From Cyanobacteria bacterium J06626_4 (GTDB lineage Bacteria > Cyanobacteriota > Cyanobacteriia > Phormidesmidales > Phormidesmidaceae), in NCBI GenBank assembly GCA_038523235.1, contig JBCBJQ010000003.1, forward strand, positions 64,001-128,000: 64,000 nucleotides of DNA. The letters run 5' to 3'. Under the pieces are notes generated by a model. It was not told the DNA's origin, searched no databases, and worked only from the letters and a program-made list of their open reading frames with translations. Below, piece after piece: positions 40,800 to 53,584 of the stretch. Positions within the stretch are counted from its first letter, which is position 1, and each line of letters opens with the position of its first letter. The position numbers were made by a program, and so were the translations under genes.

Positions 40800-41624
40800 C
40801 TACAGAATTTTGTCTAAGCCATAAATTAAAGACTTCAATGGCATGACGCGACGAATGGCCAGTAGCACGCCAGGCATATAGCAGGCGCGATCGCTCGTAT
40901 CGTGGCGCAGGGTATAGAGCTGTCCCGGTGCGCCAAAGATCACTTCCTGATGGGCAATTAGACCGGGTAACCGTACGCTGTGCAGGCGAATGCCATCAGC
41001 GGTGCTGCTGCCCCGCGCCCCAGTCATTTTTTCAGTTTCTTCAACTTGTGCAGGATTGTAGGCTTTATTCAACTCAGATAGCATTTGCGCAGTCTGAATG
41101 GCTGTGCCGCTCGGGGCATCAGCCTTTTGGTTGTGATGCAATTCAATGATTTCGACATGCTCAAAGTATTGGGCCGCTTGCTGAGCCGCTTGCTGCATCA
41201 AGACGATGCCAATCGAAAAATTAGGGATGATCAGGCAACCAATGCTAGCTTTGTCGGCAAATTCAGCCAGATCTTTGATCTGCTCGACACTCAGGCCAGT
41301 CGTGCCTACCACCGGGCGCACCCCGTAGGCGATCGCCGCCCGCACAGAGCTGTAGACACTTTTGGGGTGGGTGAAATCTACCATAACCGCTAACCCTTCA
41401 CTCTGAGCCATCACCAGCGCCGCCTCTAAATCAGCGGTAATGGGCACTTCGACCGGGCCGCAGCCGACAATTTCGCCGATGTCTTCGCCTTGCACAGCGG
41501 GATTTTTATCAATCGCCCCGACGAGAGTCAGATCCTCGGCAGTGGCGATCGCCTTGATAACTTCGCGGCCCATTTTGCCGCAGGCCCCATTGACCACCAC
41601 TGGAATTGTTGATTGTGTTGCCAT
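40800..41624 (-). CDS. dapB: 4-hydroxy-tetrahydrodipicolinate reductase
   Basis: GACGKMG, VDFTHP, VVGTTG and [15 protein letters not shown] motifs. Confidence 0.96.
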   Translation of the reverse strand: MATQSTIPVVVNGACGKMGREVIKAIATAEDLTLVGAIDKNPAVQGEDIGEIVGCGPVEVPITADLEAALVMAQSEGLAVMVDFTHPKSVYSSVRAAIAYGVRPVVGTTGLSVEQIKDLAEFADKASIGCLIIPNFSIGIVLMQQAAQQAAQYFEHVEIIELHHNQKADAPSGTAIQTAQMLSELNKAYNPAQVEETEKMTGARGSSTADGIRLHSVRLPGLIAHQEVIFGAPGQLYTLRHDTSDRACYMPGVLLAIRRVMPLKSLIYGLDKIL

Positions 41625-41861
41625 GACCCTACTTTTGTACGGCTACCAGGATGAGTTTAGTGCAAATTGTGGTGGCTGTGAGGGCGATCGCTGAGATGCC
41701 CAGGGTGGCGATCTCGACACCGTTCATCCTTTAATCCGTTCGACCAAAATACCGTCACGAATTCTCTTTCTGGCCCGGCCGGTTTGCGCCCTCCCTGCCT
41801 TACTGCTGTGGAGCAAACTGCCAGATGACGAGATCGCCCAGTTTTCAGAGATCGCTCTCCG

Positions 41862-43091
41862 CTAAGACGTGCAGAGTGATGGCCCCAATTTGGCTTCACA
41901 AAAGGCCTGTTCGTCAGCACTCAGCTCCGTCGCCTCCACATCTCGCCGCAGCACCATGCCGTTGTGTCCGGCCAAAAATCGGGGCAACTGGCCATACTCG
42001 ATTAGCGCCATCGTCTGAATATCGTAAGTGGTGTAGCGGGTCAGCTCAGGCGTGTCGAAATCAATATCCAGCACGGTGAGGGCCTTCCACGGCGGCAGGT
42101 CACTATCAATCAGCGGGCGTGGCCCCGACCCGATGATGCCCATGTGCAGCAGCTGCAGGTCACCCCGATGGCCCGGATAGTAAGCGTGGTGATGGCCGCT
42201 GATGTAGGTATGAACGTCGTATTTCTCTAACAGGGCGCGCAGCTGATCGGCGTTGTCCATGACTTCACCGGGCTGGTCACGTCCCACTGCGACGGCATAC
42301 AGCGGTAAATGACCAATCAAAATCCGCACTTTGGCAGTCTGCGCCGCTTCACTGGCTAAGCTTTCTTCTACCCAGGCCAATTTATCGGCGGGGATGCGGC
42401 TCGACGACCCATCCCACGACAGAAAGAAGACATCGTCGCGGCGAAAGCTGTAATAGAAGGGAAACTCAAAGCGATCAACGAATTCGACACCGGGGTCATG
42501 CTCAGGCGTTTGCCAATAGGCCGCAGCCAAATCTCGCTCTTGCTGAAACAGCGGCGAGTCATTAAGGCCCAACGCCCCCGAGGCATCGTGGTTGCCAATG
42601 GTAAAACCGTAGGGCAAGCCCGCCGTTCGCAACGGAGCCGCCACGTGCTCGTCAAAGGCGGACCACATGGCGTTGATTTGATCAGGTGTCAGCGTCAGGT
42701 CTTGACCGGCGACCATGTCACCGCTGCAGAGCACTAAGTCAGGATGCCAAAACGGAATCAGGGCCATCGTTTTATCAATCTCGGGGTCGTAATCAGTGGA
42801 GCCATAGACGCCATTGAGGTCACTCATCACCACCAGGCGTAGGTCGCCTCGGGGCGGATCGGTCAGGGACGGATCAAGGCTGGCGAGGAGTTGTTCGGTC
42901 GCAGCGGGCAGTTCGGCCTGCGCCTCTGGAGGCGCATCGGCGCTGGTTGGGGCAGCCGTATCCGTCTGCTCGATCGCCGCCTCATCGGGAGTGGGGGACG
43001 ACGGGGTTTGAATCGCAGCCTCGGTGCAGGCTAGCAGCACACTGCAAATTGCCCCCAAGATTACCCCGGTCAAAAATCGCTGCCAGCCCAT
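41862..43091 (-). CDS. Calcineurin-like metallophosphoesterase lipoprotein
   Basis: LLAC lipobox; SDLN, GDMVAG, GNHD and SGHHH motifs. Confidence 0.88.
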   Translation of the reverse strand: MGWQRFLTGVILGAICSVLLACTEAAIQTPSSPTPDEAAIEQTDTAAPTSADAPPEAQAELPAATEQLLASLDPSLTDPPRGDLRLVVMSDLNGVYGSTDYDPEIDKTMALIPFWHPDLVLCSGDMVAGQDLTLTPDQINAMWSAFDEHVAAPLRTAGLPYGFTIGNHDASGALGLNDSPLFQQERDLAAAYWQTPEHDPGVEFVDRFEFPFYYSFRRDDVFFLSWDGSSSRIPADKLAWVEESLASEAAQTAKVRILIGHLPLYAVAVGRDQPGEVMDNADQLRALLEKYDVHTYISGHHHAYYPGHRGDLQLLHMGIIGSGPRPLIDSDLPPWKALTVLDIDFDTPELTRYTTYDIQTMALIEYGQLPRFLAGHNGMVLRRDVEATELSADEQAFCEAKLGPSLCTS

Positions 43092-43779
43092 ACTCCCTCA
43101 CGGATTGCAAACAGAACTACGGCATACTTTACCCCAACATTCCCGTCAGCGAGTATCGGCAGTAGTCAGCGATACAAGTCGGCTGTTGATCCGCGTGAAC
43201 TCAACCGCGGCGATGGGGTAAAACGACAGCTCAGAAAGTCTTGCATTGCCGGAAGGTGAGCGCTTTGAGTGATCGTTGGCATTTGGAGACTTTTGGCGCT
43301 GGAAACCCCGAAAATGCAGTCGACGATACAAAATAATTCCCAGGATTTATCAATCCTTGAACTGAGCTGAGTTTGAGGATTGATCAGCCGATAGCAAAGT
43401 CAGTTGATGAATGGGGCGATCGCGGATTAATTCATCCGTAGTCTATTTGTCTTAACTAGCCGACAAGATTTATTGGCATGTCCCTTTTGCCCCGTGCTTC
43501 CGTACTTCGACTCAATGGTGGCGATCGTTGCTCATCATCAGCGAGCCCCTAATTAAATGATGCGGTAGGGTATGTGGTGGCACGCCAACGGATTGCTGGA
43601 GTGAGCTTTGGTGCATCATGCTTGGCGATGACCATCCGGCGATCATTCAAAGCTGCTGACTTGAATCTCTACGCAGAGTAATCAATGTTTCCTGTCCCTG
43701 ATCCCCGAGAATCTTCCTAGCCGTTCCCTCGCAACTCATTTTCAGTTGTTTCCCGTTTTCATTTTTTGGAGTAAACCCG

Positions 43780-44982
43780 ATGACCCAGCGCAACTTTTCT
43801 CACCTTTCTCGCCGACAGATCATTCGTGGATTAATGGCCACCACTGCGTTTGGGGTGGTCACTAAGTTCGGTACGGCTTGTAGCCCAGCGACCGAAGGTG
43901 ACGCCACTGCTGAGGGCGAAAGCGCCGGGGGCGGAGACGGGGAAGAGTTGGTTGTCGGGTTTATTTATGTCGGCCCCAAAGATGACTTTGGCTACAATCA
44001 GGCCCATGCCGAAGGGGCGGCCGCCATGGTGGCCAACGTTCCGGGCATCAAAATTGTGGAAGAGGCCAGCGTGCCGGAAACCAGCGCCGTGGCCGAAACG
44101 ATGCGCAACATGATTGAGATCGATGGCGTTAAGGTGCTCTTTCCCACCTCGTTTGGCTATTTTGATCCCTACATTTTAGAACTCGCCGAAGAATTTCCTG
44201 AGGTACAGTTTTTCCATGCGGGCGGTCTCTACCAAGACGGCGTCCACCCCGATAATGTGGGCAGCTATTTTGGTTACATCGATGAAGCGCAATACGTCGC
44301 GGGTGTTGTCGCGGGTTACATGAGTCAATCGGGCAAATTGGGATTTGTGGCAGCGAAACCGATTCCCCAAGTGCTGCGCAATATTAATGCGTTTACCCTG
44401 GGCGCTAAATCGGTCAATCCCGACATCACCACGCAAGTGATCTTTACCGGTGACTGGGCGCTGCCGGTCAAAGAAGCGGAAGCGACCAATAGCATGGCCG
44501 ATCAAGGCATTGATGTCGTCACCTGCCACGTAGATAGCCCCAAAGTAGTGATGGAAACGGCAGAAAAGCGGGGCATCTTTGCCAGTGGTTACCACGCTGA
44601 CCAGGGGCCGTTAGCCCCCGAAGGCTACTTAACCGGGGCCGAATGGGACTGGTCGAGTATCTATACCCAACTGGGCGAGCAGTTCTTAGCCGGTCAAACC
44701 CTGATGGCTGGCGACATTCCCCACATTCTGCGGGGCGGCCTGGCGGGCAACTTCTGTAAGCTGTCGGCCTATGGGCCAGCGGTCACCGATGAGGCGAAAG
44801 CAGCAGCTGATGCGGCGAAAGAACAAATCATGAGCGGTGAGCTGGTGATCTATAAAGGCGAATTGAAAGACAACACCGGCGGCACCATCTTGCCCAGCGG
44901 CGAAGAATATAAGCAGGACAACATCGAGCTAGAAAAGATGGACTACTTGATTGAGGGCGTTCAGGGTAGCATCGACGGCTAG
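43780..44982 (+). CDS. BMP family ABC transporter substrate-binding lipoprotein (Tat signal)
   Basis: SRRQII twin-arginine plus Cys; GFIYVGPKDDFGYNQAH, TSFGY and INAFTLGA motifs. Confidence 0.9.
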   Translation: MTQRNFSHLSRRQIIRGLMATTAFGVVTKFGTACSPATEGDATAEGESAGGGDGEELVVGFIYVGPKDDFGYNQAHAEGAAAMVANVPGIKIVEEASVPETSAVAETMRNMIEIDGVKVLFPTSFGYFDPYILELAEEFPEVQFFHAGGLYQDGVHPDNVGSYFGYIDEAQYVAGVVAGYMSQSGKLGFVAAKPIPQVLRNINAFTLGAKSVNPDITTQVIFTGDWALPVKEAEATNSMADQGIDVVTCHVDSPKVVMETAEKRGIFASGYHADQGPLAPEGYLTGAEWDWSSIYTQLGEQFLAGQTLMAGDIPHILRGGLAGNFCKLSAYGPAVTDEAKAAADAAKEQIMSGELVIYKGELKDNTGGTILPSGEEYKQDNIELEKMDYLIEGVQGSIDG

Positions 44983-45118
44983 GTTCGAGATGACGCGGCT
45001 TTCATGGACAATGTCCCTGTTGCCACTACACCTCTAGGCAAAGGGCCGACTTGCTGCTGACTCTCGGCGTGGATGGCACGACTCACCCTAAAAGCGTCCC
45101 TAGAGTTGACCGATAAAA

Positions 45119-45153
45119 CAAAGCCCCTGCAATCTAGATTACAGGGGGCTTTG
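45119..45153. terminator. Bidirectional terminator between the BMP gene and groEL2
   Basis: CAAAGCCCCTGCAAT-CTAG-ATTACAGGGGGCTTTG. Confidence 0.7.
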
Positions 45154-45214
45154 CTACTTTTTGAGACGATTAGGTCAGGCTCATCAGGTCGCGGTGACGC
45201 ATAAAGCGCTGGGC

Positions 45215-46970
<1,756 letters not shown>

Positions 46971-47293
46971 CTTGCCTACAATATCTGCTGGTTTGTCGCC
47001 ACAGAAGTCGCAATAACCGACCCTTGCCCATGACTCCAGCGGGGGGATGGGACTTGCGATCAAACCTCGGGGCCAGGGTGCCAGGGAGCGAGCGTGTATC
47101 GCCGTTGCAGAGACTTGGTCGGAAACGGCGATAGGGGTGTGCTTGAGACCAGGTGCGATCGCGGCTTTGGCATCATCAAACAAAAACAACCGCGCCCCAG
47201 CAATTACTCCGAAGCGCGGTTAACGCGGACTCAGATTTAGCATCCTCAGCCGAGCCAGTTCACAGGCAATGCCGATGCTGCACTCATGCAGAG

Positions 47294-48595
47294 CTAGAGG
47301 TTAGAGAGCACGTGACGGGCTGCCGCGATCGTCTTATCGATGTCGGCGTCAGTGTGGGCTAGCGAGCTAAACCCTGCTTCGTACTGCGACGGCGCCAGAT
47401 ACACTCCCGCTTCTAACATGCCGCGGTGGAACCGGCTGAATTTGTCAGTGTCCGCCTGCTTCGCATCAGCAAAATTGTGGACAGACTGGTCGGTAAAAAA
47501 CATGCCAAACATGGCGCTGATGTTACCGCCCGTGGCGGCATGGCCGGTTTCGTGAGCCGCCGCTAAAAGCCCCGTGATTAGCTTGTTCGTCGTCGCTTCG
47601 AGCTGCTCGTAAGTGCCCGGCTGCTGCAAGATTTCGAGAGTTTTGATGCCTGCCGTCATCGCCAACGGATTGCCCGATAGGGTACCGGCTTGGTAGACCG
47701 GGCCAGCGGGAGCGATCATTGCCATAATGTCGCGACGACCGCCATAGGCTCCCACCGGCAGCCCACCACCAATGATTTTGCCGAGGGTGGTCAGATCTGG
47801 GGTGACGCCAAACTTTTCTTGCGCGCCGCCGTAGGCAATGCGGAAGCCCGTCATCACTTCGTCAAACACCAGCAGGGCATCATGCTCACGAGTGAGTTCA
47901 CGCAGACCGGTCAAAAATTCCATTTCCGGAACGATGAACCCGGCATTGCCCACGACCGGTTCCAAAATCACCCCAGAGATCTCACCAGGGTTGTCCTCAA
48001 AGAGTTTCTTGACCGCTGCCAAGTCGTTGTAGGGCGCAGTCAGGGTGCTTTGAGTAGCCGCTTTCGGCACGCCAGGAGAATCGGGTAGCCCCAAAGTGGC
48101 CACGCCAGAACCTGCCTTGACCAAAAACATGTCGGCGTGGCCGTGGTAGTTACCCTCAAATTTGATGATCTTGTCGCGACCGGTAAAAGCTCGCATCAGG
48201 CGCAAAACAGCCATGCAGGCTTCGGTGCCAGAGTTGACAAACCGTACCATTTCAATGCTGGGGACGGCATCAATTACCATCTCGGCCAGCACATTCTCTA
48301 AATAGCAAGGTGCGCCAAAGCTGGTGCCTTTTTCGAGGGCGGCGGCCAGCGCTTGCAGCACGTCGGGGTGAGCATGCCCACAAATGGCCGGGCCCCAGGT
48401 GCCGACGTAATCAATGTATTGGTTGTTGTCAACGTCCCAAATGTAGGCTCCTTTCACCCGATCAAAGACGATGGGCTGGCCGCCGACCGACTTGAAGGCA
48501 CGGACGGGAGAGCTAACACCACCGGGCATGAGCTGTTGAGCGGCGGCGAAGATTTCGGCTGATTGGGTGGTTTTTAATGGGGCAGTGCTGACCAA
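47294..48595 (-). CDS. hemL: Glutamate-1-semialdehyde 2,1-aminomutase
   Basis: [27 protein letters not shown] and LGKIIGGG motifs. Confidence 0.97.
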   Translation of the reverse strand: MVSTAPLKTTQSAEIFAAAQQLMPGGVSSPVRAFKSVGGQPIVFDRVKGAYIWDVDNNQYIDYVGTWGPAICGHAHPDVLQALAAALEKGTSFGAPCYLENVLAEMVIDAVPSIEMVRFVNSGTEACMAVLRLMRAFTGRDKIIKFEGNYHGHADMFLVKAGSGVATLGLPDSPGVPKAATQSTLTAPYNDLAAVKKLFEDNPGEISGVILEPVVGNAGFIVPEMEFLTGLRELTREHDALLVFDEVMTGFRIAYGGAQEKFGVTPDLTTLGKIIGGGLPVGAYGGRRDIMAMIAPAGPVYQAGTLSGNPLAMTAGIKTLEILQQPGTYEQLEATTNKLITGLLAAAHETGHAATGGNISAMFGMFFTDQSVHNFADAKQADTDKFSRFHRGMLEAGVYLAPSQYEAGFSSLAHTDADIDKTIAAARHVLSNL

Positions 48596-48765
48596 AGTAT
48601 TTTCCTCTTAAAGACCGGTCTGAGGTCAGTTCAGCAGGGTGAACGAGCCGCTGAACGACCGGATTATAAAGTCCTGTTTATTATCCTATCGATCGCCTTC
48701 GCCCTAGTCGCCGCCCTGTCAAGAAGTGTTACGAGACTGATCGAGACGTTAACTGTTGGTGGCCG

Positions 48766-49716
48766 CTAGGAACGCTGGCGGTGCTGTGCGGCCCGAGCAT
48801 TGCGCCGCCACATCGCCGGTTTAATGCGTCGCAGTGCCGAAGCCGGAAACCGGCGATTCCACTCGGCCTCGTCGAGGTGGGCCAAATCCTTGAGAGCAGG
48901 AGCAACATTGTCGGCGTAGGGCTGAAAATCTTCAACGTCAGTGGGTTGAGCAAACCGCTGGTTCCAAGGGCAAACGTCTTGGCAGATGTCGCACCCCGCC
49001 ACCCAACCGGCCATGTTGTCAGCGATCGCTTTGGGCAAAGCATCATCCCGGTTTTCGATGGTATGGTAGGCGATGCAGCGGTTCGCATCGACGACATAGG
49101 GCGCCGTAATCGCTTGGGTGGGGCAGGCCTCTAGGCAGCGGGTGCAGGTGCCGCAATGTTCCGTATGAGGCGCGTCTGACACCAGCTCAGCGTTCGTCAA
49201 GATTTCGCCCAAAAAGACCCACGAACCGTAGTTGCGGGTGATGAGATTACCATTTTTGGCAATCCACCCGAGCCCCGCCTGTTGTGCCCAAAACTTATCG
49301 GCGATGGGGCCAGTATCGGCATAAAAGCGAGTGTGAATAGTGGCATCGCGCGATTGCAGCCAGTCGGATAGCGCCTTCAGCTTTTTGTGCATCACCCTGT
49401 GGTAGTCGCGACCCCAGCCATAGCGAGAAATCTTGCCTGTGTCGGGATTATTGGGGCGCTGATGCGGTGTGTAGTAGTTGAGCGCCACACAGATCAGCGA
49501 TCGCACGTCGGGCATGACCTGAGTAATATCTTGCCGTCGGGGATTCGTCATCCAAGCCATGTCAGCCTGAAATCCCTGGGCTAACCAGCGCTGTAGGGCA
49601 TCGTTTTGTTGAGTTGTGGCAGCGGCGCTACTGTCGACGCGGGCAATGCCCACCTGATGAAAACCTAAGCTTAAAGCCTGCTGGTGAATCTGGGGGGTAT
49701 CTACCGCAGGCGACAT
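48766..49716 (-). CDS. queG: tRNA epoxyqueuosine reductase
   Basis: ISRYGWGRDYH, CGTCTRCLEACPT and GCDICQDVCPWN motifs. Confidence 0.95.
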   Translation of the reverse strand: MSPAVDTPQIHQQALSLGFHQVGIARVDSSAAATTQQNDALQRWLAQGFQADMAWMTNPRRQDITQVMPDVRSLICVALNYYTPHQRPNNPDTGKISRYGWGRDYHRVMHKKLKALSDWLQSRDATIHTRFYADTGPIADKFWAQQAGLGWIAKNGNLITRNYGSWVFLGEILTNAELVSDAPHTEHCGTCTRCLEACPTQAITAPYVVDANRCIAYHTIENRDDALPKAIADNMAGWVAGCDICQDVCPWNQRFAQPTDVEDFQPYADNVAPALKDLAHLDEAEWNRRFPASALRRIKPAMWRRNARAAQHRQRS

Positions 49717-49894
49717 TGAGTCAATACTCCGACAATTGTTGTTTGCTCCGGGCTCGGGTGACGGTGAGTAAGACTGCCGCAGCTTCCTAGAGGCAGCTCC
49801 AGAGCCCAGGGTGACTTGGGAGCCGTCAGTTCGTTTTCATCAGAGGGGTCTGCTGGCTGCGATCAAGGTCATCGAGTCGGCTCAAGTCGGGTTG

Positions 49895-50302
49895 CTAAAC
49901 CGCGACACAGGCATGCACTTCAGTGGCGCAGGTGACCCAGGCCGTATCGACTCGGATCGCCCCTTCCACCCGACTGGCAGCGTCAACTAAGCGGCAGAGT
50001 ACTGCGGCATCAGGTACGATGCCCTGCAAAATCACGACCCGGCCTCGCTGCGTCACCGAGAGATGAGCCAACTCCGAAGCCGTGAACTGGCAAGCAAAAA
50101 CCGCCTCCACCCGCTTCTTGAGCCCAAAGTAGTCATATTCGCCATTGAGCCCGACTCGCTCGGGAGGCGTTGATTGAAACCACTCTGGGACAGAATAGCC
50201 CCACCTCAAATTAAACGGACTAGCTTTGTCGCAAGCAGCCTCTTTGCTAAACGTACCCGCGATCGTAAATGGGTGATTTTGGTAGATGTTCATTCTGTGC
50301 AA
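49895..50302 (-). CDS. BON-domain (phospholipid-binding) protein
   Basis: PPERVGLNGEYD..GLKKRV and QRGRVVILQG..A..VEG motifs of a cyanobacterial BON family. Confidence 0.75.
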   Translation of the reverse strand: MHRMNIYQNHPFTIAGTFSKEAACDKASPFNLRWGYSVPEWFQSTPPERVGLNGEYDYFGLKKRVEAVFACQFTASELAHLSVTQRGRVVILQGIVPDAAVLCRLVDAASRVEGAIRVDTAWVTCATEVHACVAV

Positions 50303-50565
50303 ACTGTAGATCGTTGAATCTAACTAATCCTGATCGACTCACTTCGCAAAGATGCCCGTGCTTCAATACCTCAGAGGATTCCCCGATGACATTCAAAAAC
50401 GAGCAGTCACTTTACAAAAGGTTCACTAAACGCGAAGCAATATTAACTAAAATTTCATAAACCGAAAAGTATTGTGAGAGACACAAACTGCTTTCGCGGC
50501 TCGAAATCATCCTTTAGAGGCAATTTGGGCTGTAAAAGCCGGTCGTTCGGTGGATTTCACGCTGC

Positions 50566-51048
50566 TTAAGCCGATTGAGAGACCAGCACTACAGCATAGG
50601 CCGCGATCCCTTCCTCTCTACCGGTGGGGCCTAATTTTTCATTGGTTGTCGCCTTTACGCCCACCTGATCGGGGGCAAGCACCAACACCTCGGCGAGGGA
50701 CTTCCGGATGTCGGCAATGTGGGGCTTTAACTTGGGGCGTTCAGCAACAATCACGCTATCGACATTGGCGATCGCCCAACCGCGATCGCGCACCATCTGA
50801 TAGACCTGAGCTAAGAGCATGAGGCTATCGGCACCCGCCCATTGGGGGTCACTGGGGGGAAAATAGGTGCCAATATCCCCCAAACTGAGGGCTCCTAACA
50901 GAGCATCGGCAATGGCATGGGTGAGGACGTCGGCATCACTATGACCTAGCAACCCCTTGTCGTGCGCAATGTTGATGCCGCCAATAATTAAAGGACGGTC
51001 AGCGACTAAGCGATGAATATCGTATCCGTTGCCAATCCGTATGCTCAT
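50566..51048 (-). CDS. ispF: 2-C-methyl-D-erythritol 2,4-cyclodiphosphate synthase
   Basis: [16 protein letters not shown] and KATTNEKLG motifs. Confidence 0.96.
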   Translation of the reverse strand: MSIRIGNGYDIHRLVADRPLIIGGINIAHDKGLLGHSDADVLTHAIADALLGALSLGDIGTYFPPSDPQWAGADSLMLLAQVYQMVRDRGWAIANVDSVIVAERPKLKPHIADIRKSLAEVLVLAPDQVGVKATTNEKLGPTGREEGIAAYAVVLVSQSA

Positions 51049-51161
51049 GTTTAGTATGGTAGCAAATTTACTTAGGGCTTAAGTGATCTCCGACACATTT
51101 GATGAAGTTTTCGTTCACTCCATAAGATTTTAATCAAAATTGGGGGCTGAACTCAGCGGGA

Positions 51162-51896
51162 TTACTGAGGGTCATCAGCATTTTGTTGCCTTTGCCAAGT
51201 TTGATAAAGATCAGGACGCCGCTGCCGAGTTCTCTCAATCTGTTGTGCTTGACGCCACTGGGCGATCGCGCCGTGATCGCCCGATCGCAACACCGGCGGT
51301 ACCGACCAGTTGCGAAACTCTGCTGGTCGCGTGTACTGGGGATAATCCAACAGATCGGCCTCAAAGCTTTCGAACTTTAGCGAATCAGCTTTACCCACCG
51401 TGCCGGGACGCAGTCGCACGACCCCATTAATCAGGGTCAACGCCGGGATTTCACCGCAGGTGAGGACAAAATCACCCAGCGACACCTCGCGATCGACCAG
51501 ATGCAGCACCCGTTCATCCACTCCTTCGTAATGGCCGCAAATCAGCACCATCTGATCCAACGTGGTGTTGAGCGTGCGAAACAGAGGCTGAGTCATGGTT
51601 TCACCCTGGGGGGTGAGCAAGATGACTTCGCGGCGAGGATACATTGGCAAAGACTCGACTGCCGCAAAAATGGGCTCTGGCTTCATCAACATGCCGACGC
51701 CACCACCGTAGGGTTCGTCATCCACCTTGCGATGCTTGTCCGTGGTGAAATCGCGAGGATTGACTAAGTTGACTGAGGCGATTCCCCGCGCCAGCGCTTT
51801 GCCCAACAACCCCGACTGCAAGGCCGAGGTGAAGAAGTCAGGAAACAGGGTGACGATATCAAATCTCAACGGTGACTCCGGAGGATTAGCGGTCAT
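51162..51896 (-). CDS. trmD: tRNA (guanine37-N1)-methyltransferase
   Basis: VDDEPYGGG, ICGHYEGVDER, SLGDFVLTCGE and YPQYTRP motifs. Confidence 0.96.
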   Translation of the reverse strand: MTANPPESPLRFDIVTLFPDFFTSALQSGLLGKALARGIASVNLVNPRDFTTDKHRKVDDEPYGGGVGMLMKPEPIFAAVESLPMYPRREVILLTPQGETMTQPLFRTLNTTLDQMVLICGHYEGVDERVLHLVDREVSLGDFVLTCGEIPALTLINGVVRLRPGTVGKADSLKFESFEADLLDYPQYTRPAEFRNWSVPPVLRSGDHGAIAQWRQAQQIERTRQRRPDLYQTWQRQQNADDPQ

Positions 51897-52552
51897 AGGT
51901 AATGCGGACGTAGTGGGCGAGCCTGAAGGTGACGAAGCGCATGGCTGATACAGCAGTCTCTGGTTGATTATGGCAAGGGACTGTCCCCCTGAATCTCTGG
52001 CTTTTGGGAGGAATTACGGACGCCGACCTCAATTCACAAATTCACAATGGTGAGGGTAAAAGGAACTCACGCAGCATTTTGAACCTGTTTGCCAGATGTG
52101 TGTAAACGGTCGTCCCTGAGGAAACAGGCACAGGACCCTGCCAACTCGTCAAACTAACTGTGGGCATCTTTAATTGATAGTCGATCAGAGTGGACTGCAA
52201 GAGAGGGTTTAATTACAGAGAGATCCCTGAGCCGGTGCCTGTATGGCGTAACGCCTACTTCATCAAACCACGAGAACTCAGCTGATTTGACCCAATTTCT
52301 TCACCCTCTACCAGGTAGTTTTTGCCGTCGCAATCGCGCCCCAGCGTCGAGGGCTCCCCATTCGCCAGCATGTCATTGCTCAAGCCACTGCCTCCCATGA
52401 TTTTGGGCGCGCAGAAGACTCATGCCCCTCGCTTGAAGGGAGCGGTGCTGCCAGAGCCGACCCAGACGGCTCATTCCTGTCCGGGTCTGGCCCGGACTAA
52501 CCCCGGCGAGCAGGATGCCTTTGTGAGTCACGCCCCCACTGATCGAGTTGCG

Positions 52553-53251
52553 CTAGCTGACCGGTTTTTCGGGCACGGGCACCGAAGCCACCAATCCTGA
52601 TAGGGGGGAGTCAGCGTCAGCCGGATCTAAATAAAGGGCGCGAATATCTTCGGGGAGTGCCGCTTCAAGATTTTGGGCTGCCTGTCGGAGCCGGACAGAG
52701 ACTTCAGTCGGAGCCATCTGCTCACCTTCGGCTTTCAGATAGGCCGCGATGCGGGTATCGCTCCAGCGGAAGGTTTGAGCCATGACCAAGATTAACCGCT
52801 CTAACGGATTGAGGCGATCCAACGAGCGCTCAACATAGCACCAGAGCGGCGGCGAAGCCTGTGACAGTGAGTAATGAATGTCTTCGACATCGGGCAGGGC
52901 GGCCTGGTTGATACAAAGGGCCGTCACGTTGATCAGCCAGCTTTGTAACGAGAGAGATCGCCCCTGGTCAGTCTCGCTGGCGGCTGGTTGAGTGGCCGGT
53001 AGCTCAAGACCGCCAAGTTCGTTGAGAATGTGCCGCCAGGTCAAGGCAAACAAATATTCAGCTTGCACCGGCGAGCGGGCCGAATGGGTAATGAGGCTAA
53101 AAACGACAGGACTGTAGCGACAGAAAATGGCCGTAAAATATCGCCCGGCCTCCGGCTCAGCTTGGAAACGTTGCAGCAAGTCGCGATCGCTCAGGTGCCC
53201 AAGCTGTTGGATGATGGCGTGATTACATTCAGGAAAACTAGGAATTTGCAC
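52553..53251 (-). CDS. Sigma-70-like (ECF-related) conserved cyanobacterial protein
   Basis: LSDRDLL..F, FTAIFCRY, LQSWL and a region-4-like LDRL.P.ERL....IAAYL. GTG 53251 preferred; the track start is 53287. Confidence 0.75.
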   Translation of the reverse strand: MQIPSFPECNHAIIQQLGHLSDRDLLQRFQAEPEAGRYFTAIFCRYSPVVFSLITHSARSPVQAEYLFALTWRHILNELGGLELPATQPAASETDQGRSLSLQSWLINVTALCINQAALPDVEDIHYSLSQASPPLWCYVERSLDRLNPLERLILVMAQTFRWSDTRIAAYLKAEGEQMAPTEVSVRLRQAAQNLEAALPEDIRALYLDPADADSPLSGLVASVPVPEKPVS

Positions 53252-53584
53252 AATTCGGGAGTGACTGACAATAACAGGTGCCGACAAATTCCTCTTACTA
53301 TAACCATAGTTTTTAGAGAGACCACTAATTTTTTTTACAAAAGCTTCATCCGGTAGAGTCGACTGCCCCTCCAGTTCCGGCTAAAATCCTTGGTTTGGCA
53401 TCGAACAGAGCCGGAAACCGGGGGGGCGCTTTGGGCGGATTCGGGCTGCACCGGCGGGTTCTTTCGTCTTTCTGGGTTGCCCTTGATAGACTAGGTAAAT
53501 AAAGATAGGGCAGTCTAGACCAACCGCAAAAGACGTCGGGTTACTCAAGCCGCCCTCGTAATCGCGATCGCTAGTTGCAAAGAA

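Noticed and set aside
43610..43617. GGTGCATC complementary to the sRNA seed upstream of the BMP gene
   Set aside because: Only 8 nt and ~160 nt from the start codon; expected by chance in 64 kb.
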